A model generated the notes under the pieces. The model worked only from the letters and a program-made list of their open reading frames with translations. It did no database searches and had not been told where the DNA came from. From the NCBI GenBank assembly GCA_964016885.1, contig OZ024740.1, forward strand, positions 210,862,001-210,926,000: DNA of 64,000 nucleotides. The letters run 5' to 3'. How positions within the stretch are numbered: the first letter of the stretch is position 1; each line of letters starts with the position of its first letter. The DNA is from Eledone cirrhosa. Its lineage: Eukaryota. Position numbers and translations under genes: made by a program. Below, piece by piece: positions 16,198 to 31,047 of this stretch.

Positions 16198-17041
16198 CTA
16201 TATATATATTATATCTATATATATATTATATCTATATATATATATTATATCTATATATTATATATATTATATCTATATATATATATATTATATCTATATA
16301 TATATATATTATATCTATATATATATATATTATATCTATATATATATATATTATATCTATATATATATATATATATATTATATCTATATATATATATTAT
16401 ATCTATATATATATATATATTATATCTATATATATATATATTTATATCTATATATATATATATTATATCTATATATATATATATATTATATCTATATATA
16501 TATATATATATATATTATATCTATATATCATCATCATCATCATCATCATCACCGTTTTACGTCCGTTCTTCCACGCTAGCATGGGTTAGACGGGTTGTCC
16601 TGTTGTGGGCAGTGTCTGGTCGGCTGACCATGCCTTGCTCATACAGGAACTGATCTGGCTTGATTTCTACAGCTGGATGCCCTTCCTAACACCAACCTCA
16701 TTTACAGTGAGTGCTGGGTGCTTTTTCGTGGCGCCTACACGTCCACTTTACAGTGTGGGCTGGGTGCTTTTTTGCCGTGGCACCTCCACGACCACCTTGC
16801 GGTGGGGGGGGGGGGGCATATTGTTTATATGCTTCAGCATGTACCCATGGGAGGTCGGGTACCCTGTATTACTGCGTGACGCCAGAAGTCACGGTCGTGT
16901 GTCATTGACTTTGAGATATATATATATATTATATCTATATATATATATTATAACTATATATATATATATAATATACCTATATATATATATATATATTATA
17001 TCTCTCTCTATATATATATTATATCTTTATATATAGATATA

Positions 17042-17130
<89 letters not shown>

Positions 17131-17314
17131 CTATATATATATTATATATATATATATATTATATCTATATATATATATATTATATATCTATATATATTAT
17201 ATCTATATATATATTATATCTATATATATATATATTATATCTATATATATATATATATTATATCTATATATATATATATATTATATCTATATATATATAT
17301 ATTATATCTATATA

Positions 17315-17346
<32 letters not shown>

Positions 17347-17775
17347 TATATCTATATATATATATATATATTATATCTATATCTATATATATATTATATC
17401 TCTATATATATATATATTATATCTCTCTATATATATATATTATATCTATATATATATATATATTATATCTATATATATATATATATTATATCTATATATA
17501 TATATATATATTATATCTCTATATATATATATATTATATCTATATATATATATTATATCTATATATATATATATTATATCTATATATAGATATATATTAT
17601 ATCTATATATATGTATATATATTATAGATATATATTATATCTATATATATATCTATATATATTATATATATATATAATATATCTATATATACATCTATAT
17701 ATATTATATCTATATATATATATATTATATATATATATATATTATATATATATATAATATATATATATATATTAT

Positions 17776-17840
<65 letters not shown>

Positions 17841-17872
17841 GATATCTATATATATATATATATTATATATAT

Positions 17873-18180
17873 AGTATTTACGTATCGAGAAAGAGAGAAA
17901 AAAAGGGGGGATAGGTGATACATATAGTTATTTGCCAAGTAGCGTATGCCAAAGGTGCTCGATACTAGTGCCGGCAGTATTAAATATTCGAAGTGTTAAT
18001 ATTTAGTGGGCTAGAGAGTTAGCAGAGCGTAAGCACGTGGGAAAGTGAAAAATCGGAGAATAGACCGTTAAAACATGTTTATTTAAAATATCACCTACGT
18101 ACGTTTCGCCCAGTTGGGCTTCTCAAGGGCATAAACAATCACAAGGGTTCCTTATATAGTTCGGAAAGAGTTTTGGGGGT
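17873..18180 (-). mobile_element. 5'-truncated copy of the Naiad element 3' end, with the same hammerhead (18094-18129), inside (TA)n
   Basis: Reverse complement of about 7228-7533 with a few substitutions. The ribozyme core is unchanged. Confidence 0.85.
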
Positions 18181-18195
18181 TATATATATTATATA

Positions 18196-18337
<142 letters not shown>

Positions 18338-18371
18338 ATTATATATATATATTTTTTATATATATATTATA

Positions 18372-18457
<86 letters not shown>

Positions 18458-18464
18458 TATATAT

Positions 18465-18499
<35 letters not shown>

Positions 18500-18516
18500 A
18501 TATATATATATATAAT

Positions 18517-18559
<43 letters not shown>

Positions 18560-18586
18560 TATATATATAATATATATATATATAAT

Positions 18587-18693
<107 letters not shown>

Positions 18694-18906
18694 TATATAA
18701 TATATGTATATAATATATATATATATATATAATATATATATATAATATATATATAATATATATATATAATATATATATATAATATATATATATAATATAT
18801 ATATAATATATATATATAATATATATATATGATATATATATATAATATATATATATATAATATATATATATAATATATATATATAATATATATATATATA
18901 TTATAT

Positions 18907-18987
<81 letters not shown>

Positions 18988-19006
18988 ATATATATATATA
19001 ATATAT

Positions 19007-19049
<43 letters not shown>

Positions 19050-19149
19050 TATATATAATATATATATATATAATATATATATATATATAATATATATATA
19101 TAATATATATAATATATATAATATATATATATATATATATAATATATAT

Positions 19150-19218
<69 letters not shown>

Positions 19219-19264
19219 TATATATATTATAATATATATATATATATATGTAATATATATATAT

Positions 19265-19298
<34 letters not shown>

Positions 19299-19376
19299 GT
19301 AATATATATATATAATATATATATATAATATGTATATATAATATATATATATATATATCTATATAATATATATCTC

Positions 19377-19463
<87 letters not shown>

Positions 19464-19489
19464 ATTATATAGATATATATATATATATA

Positions 19490-19552
<63 letters not shown>

Positions 19553-19578
19553 TATATTATATATATATATATTATATA

Positions 19579-19620
<42 letters not shown>

Positions 19621-19813
19621 TATATGTAGATAAATCTACCAAGAGTTTACGGTAGTGTCCAATCCGTATGAAGAACTCAATGTATTCCGGATATCATGGA
19701 AAGAAGAGATGTAATGAAAATCCAATTTCGGTGAAAGATAAACGGTATACAGAGTCAAGATAAAATATTAAACAAATAATGAACAAACAATTCCTTATAT
19801 TAAACAAAAAAAG

Positions 19814-19968
19814 TTCACTATTTAACGATCGTTTCTAGGGTATATATGTGCTATAATTGGTATGCATATTTAACAGATCTATGTACAAAATTATACAAAA
19901 TTATACAAATTATCAAGATTAAATATACATACCTAACTCATATATACGCCGTCTTCAGAAATAATGAA
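19814..19968 (-). ncRNA. Hammerhead ribozyme with about 115-nt stem II
   Basis: 10-bp stem I uucauuauuu/aaauagugaa, CUGAAGA, stem II helices guauauaug/cauauauac and gguauguauauuuaa/uuaaauaugcauacc, then GAAA-cgaucg-UU. Confidence 0.7.
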
Positions 19969-20461
19969 GTATATTTATTGATAATAACAACAATTCAAAA
20001 TATCAGTTCAAAATTGACCAATGAAAACACAAAGGGTTAAAAAGCAGTTTGGTGTGTGTATATACATGTAAAACCCTACACACATTTTACAATAATGTGT
20101 GTATAATATGTATGTGCATACTAAAAAAAAGATGGATGCAAATAAAAAATTTCAAGGTTAATATCTCTGTAAGCTTAATGCGCTGATAAGATACGCAATG
20201 ATACTTATGTAGTCAAGCATATAAATATATTTTTTTCATACTCACACATATCAGTATAATCACACATACATGTGCGTATATATATAAATATACACATAAC
20301 CACGAACACACAAACACACACACACCCCCCACTCACATTTATATATGTGGATATAAAATCATAAGCAAATAGAAATTAAGTCACTCACATAAACACACTG
20401 GTACACACATTTCAAGATCAAGATACAGAAATTAGGTGGGAGGGGGGGGGGGAGGGGTCAG

Positions 20462-20744
20462 TATTAGGTTGTCAGACCAGACAGCCTAATATAAATGTAT
20501 CTATAAATTATGAAAAATAAAAAAAAATAAAAACAATAAAATATATTACATATAATATAATGTACATACGCATACAGATATACATACACATACATACATG
20601 TACGCGCACATAGAGATATCTACACATACATACATACACACATACCTATACTGTCATACACACACATACATTTACACGAACATACACATACACATATAAA
20701 AAGATAAAAATACGGACACACACACGCGCAACACATACACACAT

Positions 20745-20795
<51 letters not shown>

Positions 20796-20906
20796 TATAC
20801 ACACACACACATAGACTCATATATATATACATACACATACATATACTTATACATAAACATATATATCCTACACTCATACCACCATGAAAACACATACAAA
20901 CATCCA

Positions 20907-20961
<55 letters not shown>

Positions 20962-21053
20962 ATACACACACGTACACATATATGCATATATACATACATA
21001 TATACACACATACACACATATATATATACACACACACATAAAATACAGACATG

Positions 21054-21084
<31 letters not shown>

Positions 21085-21357
21085 TTCATTACCCTTATAT
21101 ATACACATAGTATATATACATACACAACCTCACTTATACACATATACACATAAGTTATATTACAATAATAATAAAGAATAATATATATATATATATAATA
21201 TATATATACATATATATACACACATATACACATATACATACATACACATACATATACATACATACATACACATACATACATACACCTAAATATAAACATA
21301 TATAAATACACACATACGAATAAAGACATATATTCACACATAGACACCTATATACAC

Positions 21358-21394
<37 letters not shown>

Positions 21395-21483
21395 CTATAT
21401 ACACACACATACACATACATACACATATATATATATATACACATATATACACACGCACACACATACAGACACACATACACACT

Positions 21484-21518
<35 letters not shown>

Positions 21519-22641
21519 ATGTGAGTGTGCGCAAATACATACATATATATACACACACACATACAAACACACACAAACACATACATATGCATACATGCAC
21601 ACACACACACATATATCACATAGATACGAAGATAAACATATAAATAGAGAGACATACAAATATATACAGAACCCATATACACATACATGCAAACACGCAT
21701 ATACATATATACATATATACACACATATATATTCCTATATACAAGCATACACATACACACACATATATACATATACCTACACATATATATACCACACATT
21801 CACATACACGTACATATATAATACATATATATACATACATATACATACATATGTATGTACAATCATATATACACACTCAATCTTACATTCATATTTACAT
21901 GCTCATATATGTATTTTTATATCTAGAAATAAATACCAAAAAAAAACTATATAGACACACATCTACCCATATATTCATACATATACACTTACAAAAACAG
22001 ATGATAATAGTATGGGGGAAAGGGGGGGGTTTGGAGAAGGGGATCAAAGTAAATATATGTTTCAAGAAACCTATAATATTTTCCATATCTTAATTCTTGA
22101 AACATATATTTACTTTGATCCCCTTCTCCAACCCCCCCCTTTCCCCCATACTATTATCATCTGTTTTTGTAAGTGTATATGTATGAATATATGGGTAGAT
22201 GTGTGTCTATATAGTTTTTTTGGTATTTATTTCTAGATATAAAAATACATATATGAGCATGTAAATATGAATGTAAGATTGAGTGTGTATATATGATTGT
22301 ACATACATATGTATGTATATGTATGTATATATATGTATTATATATGTACGTGTATGTGAATGTGTGGTATATATATGTGTAGGTTATATGTATATATGTG
22401 TGTGTATGTGTATGCTTGTATATAGGAATATATATGTGTGTATATATGTATATATGTATATGCGTGTTTGCATGTATGTGTATATGGGTTCTGTATATAT
22501 TTGTATGTCTCTCTATTTATATGTTTATCTTCGTATCTATGTGATATATGTGTGTGTGTGTGCATGTATGCATATGTATGTGTTTGTGTGTGTTTGTATG
22601 TGTGTGTGTATATATATGTATGTATTTGCGCACACTCACAT

Positions 22642-22676
<35 letters not shown>

Positions 22677-22763
22677 AGTGTGTATGTGTGTCTGTATGTG
22701 TGTGCGTGTGTATATATGTGTATATATATATATATGTGTATGTATGTGTATGTGTGTGTATAT

Positions 22764-22805
<42 letters not shown>

Positions 22806-22944
22806 ATATAGGTGTCTATGTGTGAATATATGTCTTTATTCGTATGTGTATATTTATATATGTTTATATTTAGGTGTATGTATGTATGTGTATGTATGTA
22901 TGTATATGTATGTGTATGTATGTATATGTGTATATGTGTGTATA

Positions 22945-22981
<37 letters not shown>

Positions 22982-23073
22982 CTTTATTATTATTGTAATA
23001 TAACTTATGTGTATATGTGTATAAGTGAGGTTGTGTATGTATATATACTATGTGTATATATAAGGGTAATGAA

Positions 23074-23104
<31 letters not shown>

Positions 23105-23196
23105 CATGTCTGTATTTTATGTGTGTGTGTATATATATATGTGTGTATGTGTGTATATATGTATGTATATATGCATATATGTGTACGTGTGTGTAT

Positions 23197-23245
<49 letters not shown>

Positions 23246-23356
23246 TGGATGTTTGTATGTGTTTTCATGGTGGTATGAGTGTAGGATATATATGTTTATG
23301 TATAAGTATATGTATGTGTATGTATATATATATGAGTCTATGTGTGTGTGTGTATA

Positions 23357-23405
<49 letters not shown>

Positions 23406-23686
23406 ATGTGTGTATGTGTTGCGCGTGTGTGTGTCCGTATTTTTATCTTTTTATATGTGTATGTGTATGTTCGTGTAAATGTATGTGTGTGTATGACAGT
23501 ATAGGTATGTGTGTATGTATGTATGTGTAGATATCTCTATGTGCGCGTACATGTATGTATGTGTATGTATATCTGTATGCGTATGTACATTATATTATAT
23601 GTAATATATTTTATTGTTTTTATTTTTTTATTTTTCATAATTTATAGATACATTTATATTAGGCTGTCTGGTCTGACAACCTAATA
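20462..23686. repeat. Near-perfect inverted repeat, arms about 1.6 kb, 25-nt spacer (22069-22093), right arm runs into gap
   Basis: Mirror sequence and mirrored ORF translations on both strands. Confidence 0.9.
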
Positions 23687-23886
23687 NNNNNNNNNNNNNN
23701 NNNNNNNNNNNNNNNNNNNNNNNNNNNNNNNNNNNNNNNNNNNNNNNNNNNNNNNNNNNNNNNNNNNNNNNNNNNNNNNNNNNNNNNNNNNNNNNNNNNN
23801 NNNNNNNNNNNNNNNNNNNNNNNNNNNNNNNNNNNNNNNNNNNNNNNNNNNNNNNNNNNNNNNNNNNNNNNNNNNNNNNNNNNNNN
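23687..23886. other. Assembly gap (200 N)
   Basis: Run of n. Confidence 1.
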
Positions 23887-23892
23887 ATATAT

Positions 23893-23937
<45 letters not shown>

Positions 23938-23956
23938 TATATATAATATATATAAT

Positions 23957-23999
<43 letters not shown>

Positions 24000-24043
24000 T
24001 ATATAATATATATATAATATATATAATATATATATATATATAT

Positions 24044-24150
<107 letters not shown>

Positions 24151-24305
24151 TAATATATATATATATATATATAATATATATAATATATATATATATATTA
24201 TATATATATATATATATAATATATATAATATATATATATATATTATATATATATATTATATATATATATAATATATATATATATAATATATATAATATAT
24301 AATAT

Positions 24306-24437
<132 letters not shown>

Positions 24438-24502
24438 TATATAATATATATAATATATAATATATATATATATATATATAATATATATATAATATATATA
24501 TA

Positions 24503-24541
<39 letters not shown>

Positions 24542-24556
24542 TATATAATATATATA

Positions 24557-24615
<59 letters not shown>

Positions 24616-24619
24616 TATA

Positions 24620-24666
<47 letters not shown>

Positions 24667-24734
24667 TATATAATATATATATATAATATATATAATATAT
24701 AATATATATATAATATATATATATAATATATATA

Positions 24735-24785
<51 letters not shown>

Positions 24786-24922
24786 TATATATAATATATA
24801 TATATAATATATATATATATATTAGGCTAAACATTGATACAATTCAATTCAAGCACTCAATGTACTTTTTCCACATAGGAGTGACGCCAGTGTCGCCATT
24901 GAAATATATATCACAGCATTAT

Positions 24923-25297
24923 TGGTGGATTGGCAGTATCAGTAGAGGGTCGGACGCCATGCTTTCCAGCATAGTTACGTCCCTTTACGATCTGAGTTCA
25001 AATCCCGCCAAGGTTGACTTTGCCTTTCATCCTTACGGGGTCGATAAAATAAAGTACCAGTAATGCACTGGGTAATTGCTGGCCTTGTGCCAAAAGTAGA
25101 AACAATTATTATTATTGGCAGTATCGGTAGAGGGTCGGACGCCATGCTTTGACGCATAGAGTTACGGCCCTTGCCATTCTGAGTTCAAATCCCGCCGAGG
25201 TTAACTTTGCCTTTCATCCTTACGGGGTCGATAAAATAAAGTACCAGTAATACACTGGGAAATTGCTGGCCTTGTGCCAAAAGTAGAAACAATTATT
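24923..25297 (+). mobile_element. Tandem tRNA-derived SINEs (Nin-domain type)
   Basis: A box tggcagtatcggtaga, B box gagttcaaatcc, and gcctttcatcc..cggggtcgataaa..aagtacc. Further copies at 26989-27357, 27420-27580 (-), 36673-36860, 37983-38170, 40018-40205, 40708-40850, 45781-45993, 53085-53292, 54090-54310. Confidence 0.85.
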
Positions 25298-26496
25298 ATT
25301 AAAGGACTTGACCATCTGAAACTACTTCGCTTTCCTTATTCGATATTTACTCCGTTACTCCTATGTGGAAAAAATACGTTGAATGCTTGAATTGAATTGC
25401 ATCAATGTTTACCCTAATAATTTGGCTCCAAATAGTTGAGCGCTTTACGATGTAACCGATATGGTGGAGAAGAGAGGAACCAACCATGGGCTGCCCCGGA
25501 AATTCCCTCTACCATGGGGATGGAAACCCCTGAAACTGGACGGACCTAATAGTAACTTTCGGCAGGATAAATACACGGAAACAAAAAATAAGATAAACCC
25601 CTATTTCCCTGCACCAAATCGCATTTGAACAGAAGCCCCCTCAATTCAATATATACATGGACAGATTGACCATCATATGGATCATTTTGCATATATGTAC
25701 TCTGTGTTTTTGCATTTTTTCTTCTATGTCTGTTTTTCTTTGGTTTTGTTCCATGTGATGGAAATTATGACTGTACCAGATTGACTAATGCCTTGAATGC
25801 TGTAGCTTACCCTCCGTTCTAATGTACGGCACTGTCGTTCAATATGTGGATAGAGTAACTGTGACACTAGAACCCCTCTCAGAACTTCTTACTTAAACAT
25901 CTCTCTCCATATTATTTACTCACTTCAATCTATATTTTTTTACTCACCTCAATCCAAATTCTCACTGGAGGAAAACAAATTTCTAACTTTTAATTACTAA
26001 TTGTTAATTTTTTAATTTTTTAAATGTTTAATTTATAATTTCTGATACTTGATTTAGGACTTTAATTTTTATTTCCAACTCTCACTCTTAACTTACAATG
26101 TAAAATCATGATACTTAGAATTAAGTTTATTTTCCCTTTGAGTTGAAGGTCAGTCGTACTGTCCACGCTAGGTGAGAGGTAGTATTATGACCTGTAAAAA
26201 CTAACACTCTCCCACCCCCTCTGGCTTTCGACTGACTACCACAGTCGTGATGGGTAGCAGTAAACTATGGTACGGGCCATTGTGTCACTGAGAGGCTGAA
26301 ATGACTAAGCGAATTTCGTTAAAATCTGCGGTAGCCAATGGTCAACTTCCTTCGGACATGCGCACGCGCAGACCGGGGGGGGGGTGAATTGCTACTCACA
26401 GGGGAACGGGTGATAAACCCAAAAGCACGCATTTCATCCGTTCCCATGTCGATTCAATTTGGATTGCCTCGGAAACATAACCTCATTATGTAACAA

Positions 26497-26570
26497 GCTG
26501 TCTAATGATGTCACGACACTCGCACACAGAACAGTGTGGCCAGTGTCGCCATTGAAATATATATCACAGC
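26497..26570 (+). ncRNA. Hammerhead motif with G5A core mutation (probably inactive)
   Basis: gcugu-CUAAUGA-...cgacacu/agugucg...-GAAA-uauaua-UC-acagc, about 50 nt before (TA)n. A partial copy at 24886-24922 is split by SINEs. Confidence 0.55.
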
Positions 26571-26617
26571 ATTATTATTAAAGGAGTTGAACATCTGAAA
26601 CTACTTCGCTTTTCCTT

Positions 26618-26692
<75 letters not shown>

Positions 26693-26830
26693 TTCTGTGT
26701 TAGTCAGTTTCTCAGTAATTCTTTTACTGGAGACATTATATTATCTCACTTTGTTTCTCTTTTTTCTGTTTCTTCTCATATTTCTCCTCCTCCTCAATCG
26801 TCATCGGCCACGACGACGCCATGGATTTAG

Positions 26831-26957
26831 TTCTAACAACAACTGCCTTGGCGGAGGAGGTTCTCAGTCGTCGAAAGGAACAGGTAAAGCAGTGGGAGGG
26901 AGTGAAGCCGATCTCCAATGTCAAGCAGCCTACGGACCCACATCCGTTGTACTCAGA
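26831..26957 (+). CDS. Exon of ADAMTS-like/reprolysin metalloprotease gene (end of protease domain, start of disintegrin-like domain)
   Basis: Long pyrimidine tract, tttag| acceptor and |gtaaga donor. 127 nt, phase 2 to 0. Encodes SNNNCLGGGGSQSSKGTGKAVGGSEADLQCQAAYGPTSVVLR, matching the ADAMTS pattern CL...AD.QC...YG..S. Confidence 0.75.
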
Positions 26958-27697
26958 GTAAGAATTTATTGCTATTATTATTTGCTGAAGGGCGGTGGAT
27001 TGGCTGGATCGGTAGAGGATCGGGCGCCATGTTTTGCAGCATAAAGTGACATCCCTTTACGGTCTGAGTTCAAATCCCGCCGAGGTCAACTTTACCTTTC
27101 CTCCTTACAGGATTGATAAAATAAAGTACCAGTAATACACTGGGATCGATTTAATCGAATTTCCCCTCCCCCAAATTGTTGGCCTTGTGCCTGTATCAGA
27201 AACCATTATTACTTGTTGAAAGTTGTGTCACAGTTACGTCCCTTTACGTTCTCAGTTCAAATCCCGCCGAAGTTAGCTTTGCCTTTCATTCTTACGCGGT
27301 CGATAGAATAAAGTACCACTAACGCATTTGGGTCGATTTAATCGACTTTCCCCTCCCGACAGAGTCATTAGAACGTTGGCTTCAATGTTTTAGGGTATTC
27401 GTTGCCAGGAAGAATAGACCACAGTACTTGACTGGTACTGTTTTATCGACCTTGTATTGATGAGAAGTAGAGTTGAGCTCGGCAGGATTTGAACTCAGAG
27501 AAGAGAGAACCGGAACGAATACAGCAAAGCATTCTGCATTCTATCTGACGTTCTGGTGACTCTGCCAATTCGCTGCCTCGGTGTACGTACGTACGTACGT
27601 ACATACATACATACATACATACATACATACATACATACATACATACATACATACATACATACATACATACATACATACATACATACATACATACATA

Positions 27698-28306
27698 CAT
27701 GGTGGCTGCCAACTCGTTTTCGAGTACGGCCACTACTTTATATCCATGTAGGAGAACCCCTACCGATGCGCTGAACGAGTGTGACTTTTTAGTCCAGCCA
27801 GCGACTTGAAAACTCTGGTACAAACACTACACTTGTCACAATTATTGACACATAGTGCTGAGCCCATGGTACCATGTGACGACAAGTGCAGAGAGATCTC
27901 CAGATATAAAGCAATGCCTGTGCCGTGAAGCTTTTATAGTGAGCAAAGGCACTGCACAAAGCCAGTCCCACTCTCTTAACCAAGATGATATTTACCAAAA
28001 AGAAGAACAAGTCAACATCATTGGATACCACCAGGGTTGCAGGTGTTATATCAGAGTTTTCCTTCTCTTAGAATTCTGCCTTGACAAAGGCTAAGGAGTC
28101 ATCTTTCCCGGTGATTTTGGATGGCCATTGACTCTTAAGAGTTCCTTTGCCCTTTGACAGGTTTTGTTTTTAGTCCTACAGGATGTCCAAAGTTACCTCC
28201 TCACCAAGAAACCTTGGTGGGGTTGCCAGTTTAGTCGCCAACGATCCGACCATGAGACAGGTTGAACTGGGATACATGTTACCAGTAGCACCAACTGGTG
28301 ACCTGA
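27698..28306 (-). mobile_element. Bipartite RTE-derived element, longest copy (about 610 bp)
   Basis: RTE 5'UTR-like (ctaggagaaggaaaactctga) segment, last zinc-finger/3'UTR segment and (TATG)n tail. Confidence 0.8.
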
Positions 28307-28410
28307 CATACATACATACATACATACATACATACATACATACATACATACATACATACATACATACATACATACATACATACATACATACATACATACA
28401 TACATACATA

Positions 28411-30185
28411 CTTTTCTTTGTGGATGACCTGAAACTCTATGTCAAGAACATAAATGAGATGAAAAAAAATCTTGACCTGGTTACATTCTTAAAGGATATA
28501 GGAATGGAGTTTGGCCAAGATAAATGTTTATATATGACTGTAAAGCGGGGGAAAACTACAACCCAATTTAGCAACATTTTTATCAATGGCCTAACTGTTT
28601 CACCGATATTTGACGAGGACTGCTATAGATATTTGGGGATAAATGAGAATATATCCTATAATGGTATTTGTAATAAAGAACGCGTAACCAAGGAATACTA
28701 CACCTGATTAAGAAAAATATGTTCATCGGAACTCTCTGCGCTCAATAAAACAGTGGCTGACAATGTGTTTGCTGTGCCTGTCCTAACACCAATGTTTGAA
28801 ATACTCAGTTGGACGATAGACGAAATCCGAGCAATTGATGTTAAATCTCGAAAAATTCTAAACAACACCGGAAACTTCCACATCAACAGTGACATAGACC
28901 GCCTTTACTTGAAACGTAAGCAGGAGGCAAAGGTCTAACATCAGTCTAGACAACATTTGAGTGTCGCATCATATCTCTCCGACAACATCTACGAACCTCG
29001 AAGCGAAGCGTAGAGGCCCATCTATTGAGCAAATCTATCTGCATGAGACAGATAAGATCATGAGAGTTGGGAAGCAACTCCTTGAAAGATACTCCCTGCA
29101 TGATAATCAAAAACTCACACCTAGTGAAATTGTCCAGCAGTACCGCAGTGAATCCATGGATGAAAAATTGCATGTTTATCAGCAAAAAATCATGCATGGA
29201 TATGTTGCCACGAAGCTCCAGAGTGAGAGTAATATAGATAATGAAAGTAGTCTATCTTGGACCAACAACCGCTATATTGGCTCCCACTTTGAAGGATACG
29301 CTTTTGCAATCCAAGAACAGGAAATCAACACAAAATACCTGATTCACAAAAGAGATAGGGATGCAGGCAAAACATCTAGATGTGACAAGTGAAGACTCTG
29401 CTGAATTAACATCGAAGATGTCACCCATGTCATAAACAGCTGTTCAAATATGACATCACTGTACTATCCACCTATGAGGCATGATGTAATGGCTAAAACA
29501 CTGTACAATGCAATCCGTTGAAAAAATAGCCCCAACAGTAAATACAATAAAGCTACAGCAATGTGGAAGACATACTATATAAAAGAATACTGGTGGAATG
29601 TTCCACTCAAAACCCCAATAACAGACCAGATATAATGATATGGGACAAGGAAAAGAAGGCATGCACAATAGTGGAAGTTAGCTGCCTAGCAGATGCCAAT
29701 ATAATGTTAAAGATTAGCGAAAAGGAGAATATCTATGCAGAACTAATGAAAAATCCACAGATACTCCACCCTGACTATACCTTCAGATTTATATCTGTGA
29801 TTATTGGGACACAGGGATATGTTAGTAACTGCCTCAGTACAAATCTTGAGTAGCTGGACTTCACAGAAACAGAAAGAACACGACTAGTTATGAAATTACA
29901 AGTACAATCCATTAATGGAACAGTAAAAATATGTAAAATATTTCTAAAATTCTACATCTAATAATTGCATGTACACATGTACAGATACAAATCATATGCA
30001 CATGGACACATATAACTCAAAACATCCACACCACACATACAATAACATCCATACCTGCACACACACACGCACCCATGCAGACATATCTACCTTGTTGATG
30101 TGTAAATTCCAATGAGTCTTGTATCTGTTAGAAATCGACTCTCTCTCTCTATTGGTAAAAATTTATAAAATTTAAAAAAACAGAA
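28411..30185 (+). mobile_element. 5'-truncated R4/Dong-clade (RLE) non-LTR retrotransposon in (TACA)n
   Basis: [26 protein letters not shown], degenerate CCHC knuckle, RHD and RPDI..D...IVEVS nuclease motifs. Stops and frameshifts present. Confidence 0.85.
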
Positions 30186-30202
30186 CATACACACATACAT
30201 AC

Positions 30203-30492
30203 ATGGAGGCACTCCGTCGGTTACAACAACGAGCGTTCCAATTGATCCAATCAACAGGCAAGTGGCTGAGCATTCCACAGGCACACATACCCTTAACGTA
30301 GTACTCAGGGAGATTCAGCGTTACACAGAATGTAACAAGGCTGTCTCTTTCAATTACAGGTACAACTGATTTTTGCCAGCTGAGTGGACTGGGGCAACTT
30401 GAAATAAAGTGTCTTGCTCAAGGACACAACGCGCTGCCAGGAATCGAACTCATGACCTTACGATAAAGAGCCGAATTCCCTAACCACTGCCT
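30203..30492 (-). mobile_element. tRNA-derived CORE-like SINE (relatives at 38910-39217, 41520-41720, 45600-45780)
   Basis: cagtggttag...gagttcgattcc...tgtgtccttgagcaagacact. Confidence 0.75.
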
Positions 30493-30555
30493 TCACATAC
30501 ATACATACATACATACATACATACATACATACATACATACATACATACATACATA

Positions 30556-30958
30556 CATGGTGGCTGCCAACTCGTTTTCGAGTACGGCCACTACTTTATA
30601 TCCATGTAGGAGAACCCCTACCGATGCGCTGAACGAGTGTGACTTTTTAGTCCAGCCAGCGACTTGAAAACTCTGGTACAAACACTAGACTTGTGACAAT
30701 TATTGACACATAGTGCTGGGCCCATGGTACCATGTGACGACAAGTGCAGAGAGATCTCCAGATATAAAGCAATGCCTGTGCCGTGAAGCTTTTATAGTGA
30801 GCAAAGGCACTGCACAAAGCCAGTCCCACTCTCTTAACCAAGATGATATTTACCAAAAAGAAGAATAAGTCAACATCATTGGATACCATCAGGGTTGCAG
30901 GTGTTATATCAGAGTTTTCCTTCTAGAATTATGGCTTGACAAAGCTAGGGGTCATCTC
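30556..30958 (-). mobile_element. Bipartite RTE-derived element, 5'-truncated
   Basis: Identity to other copies. Confidence 0.8.
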
Positions 30959-31047
30959 ATACATACATACATACAAACATACATACATACATACATACAT
31001 ACATACATACATACATACATACATACATACATACATACATACATACA

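Noticed and set aside
24923-25010. tRNA genes
   Set aside because: The A/B boxes belong to SINE heads and no full cloverleaf forms.
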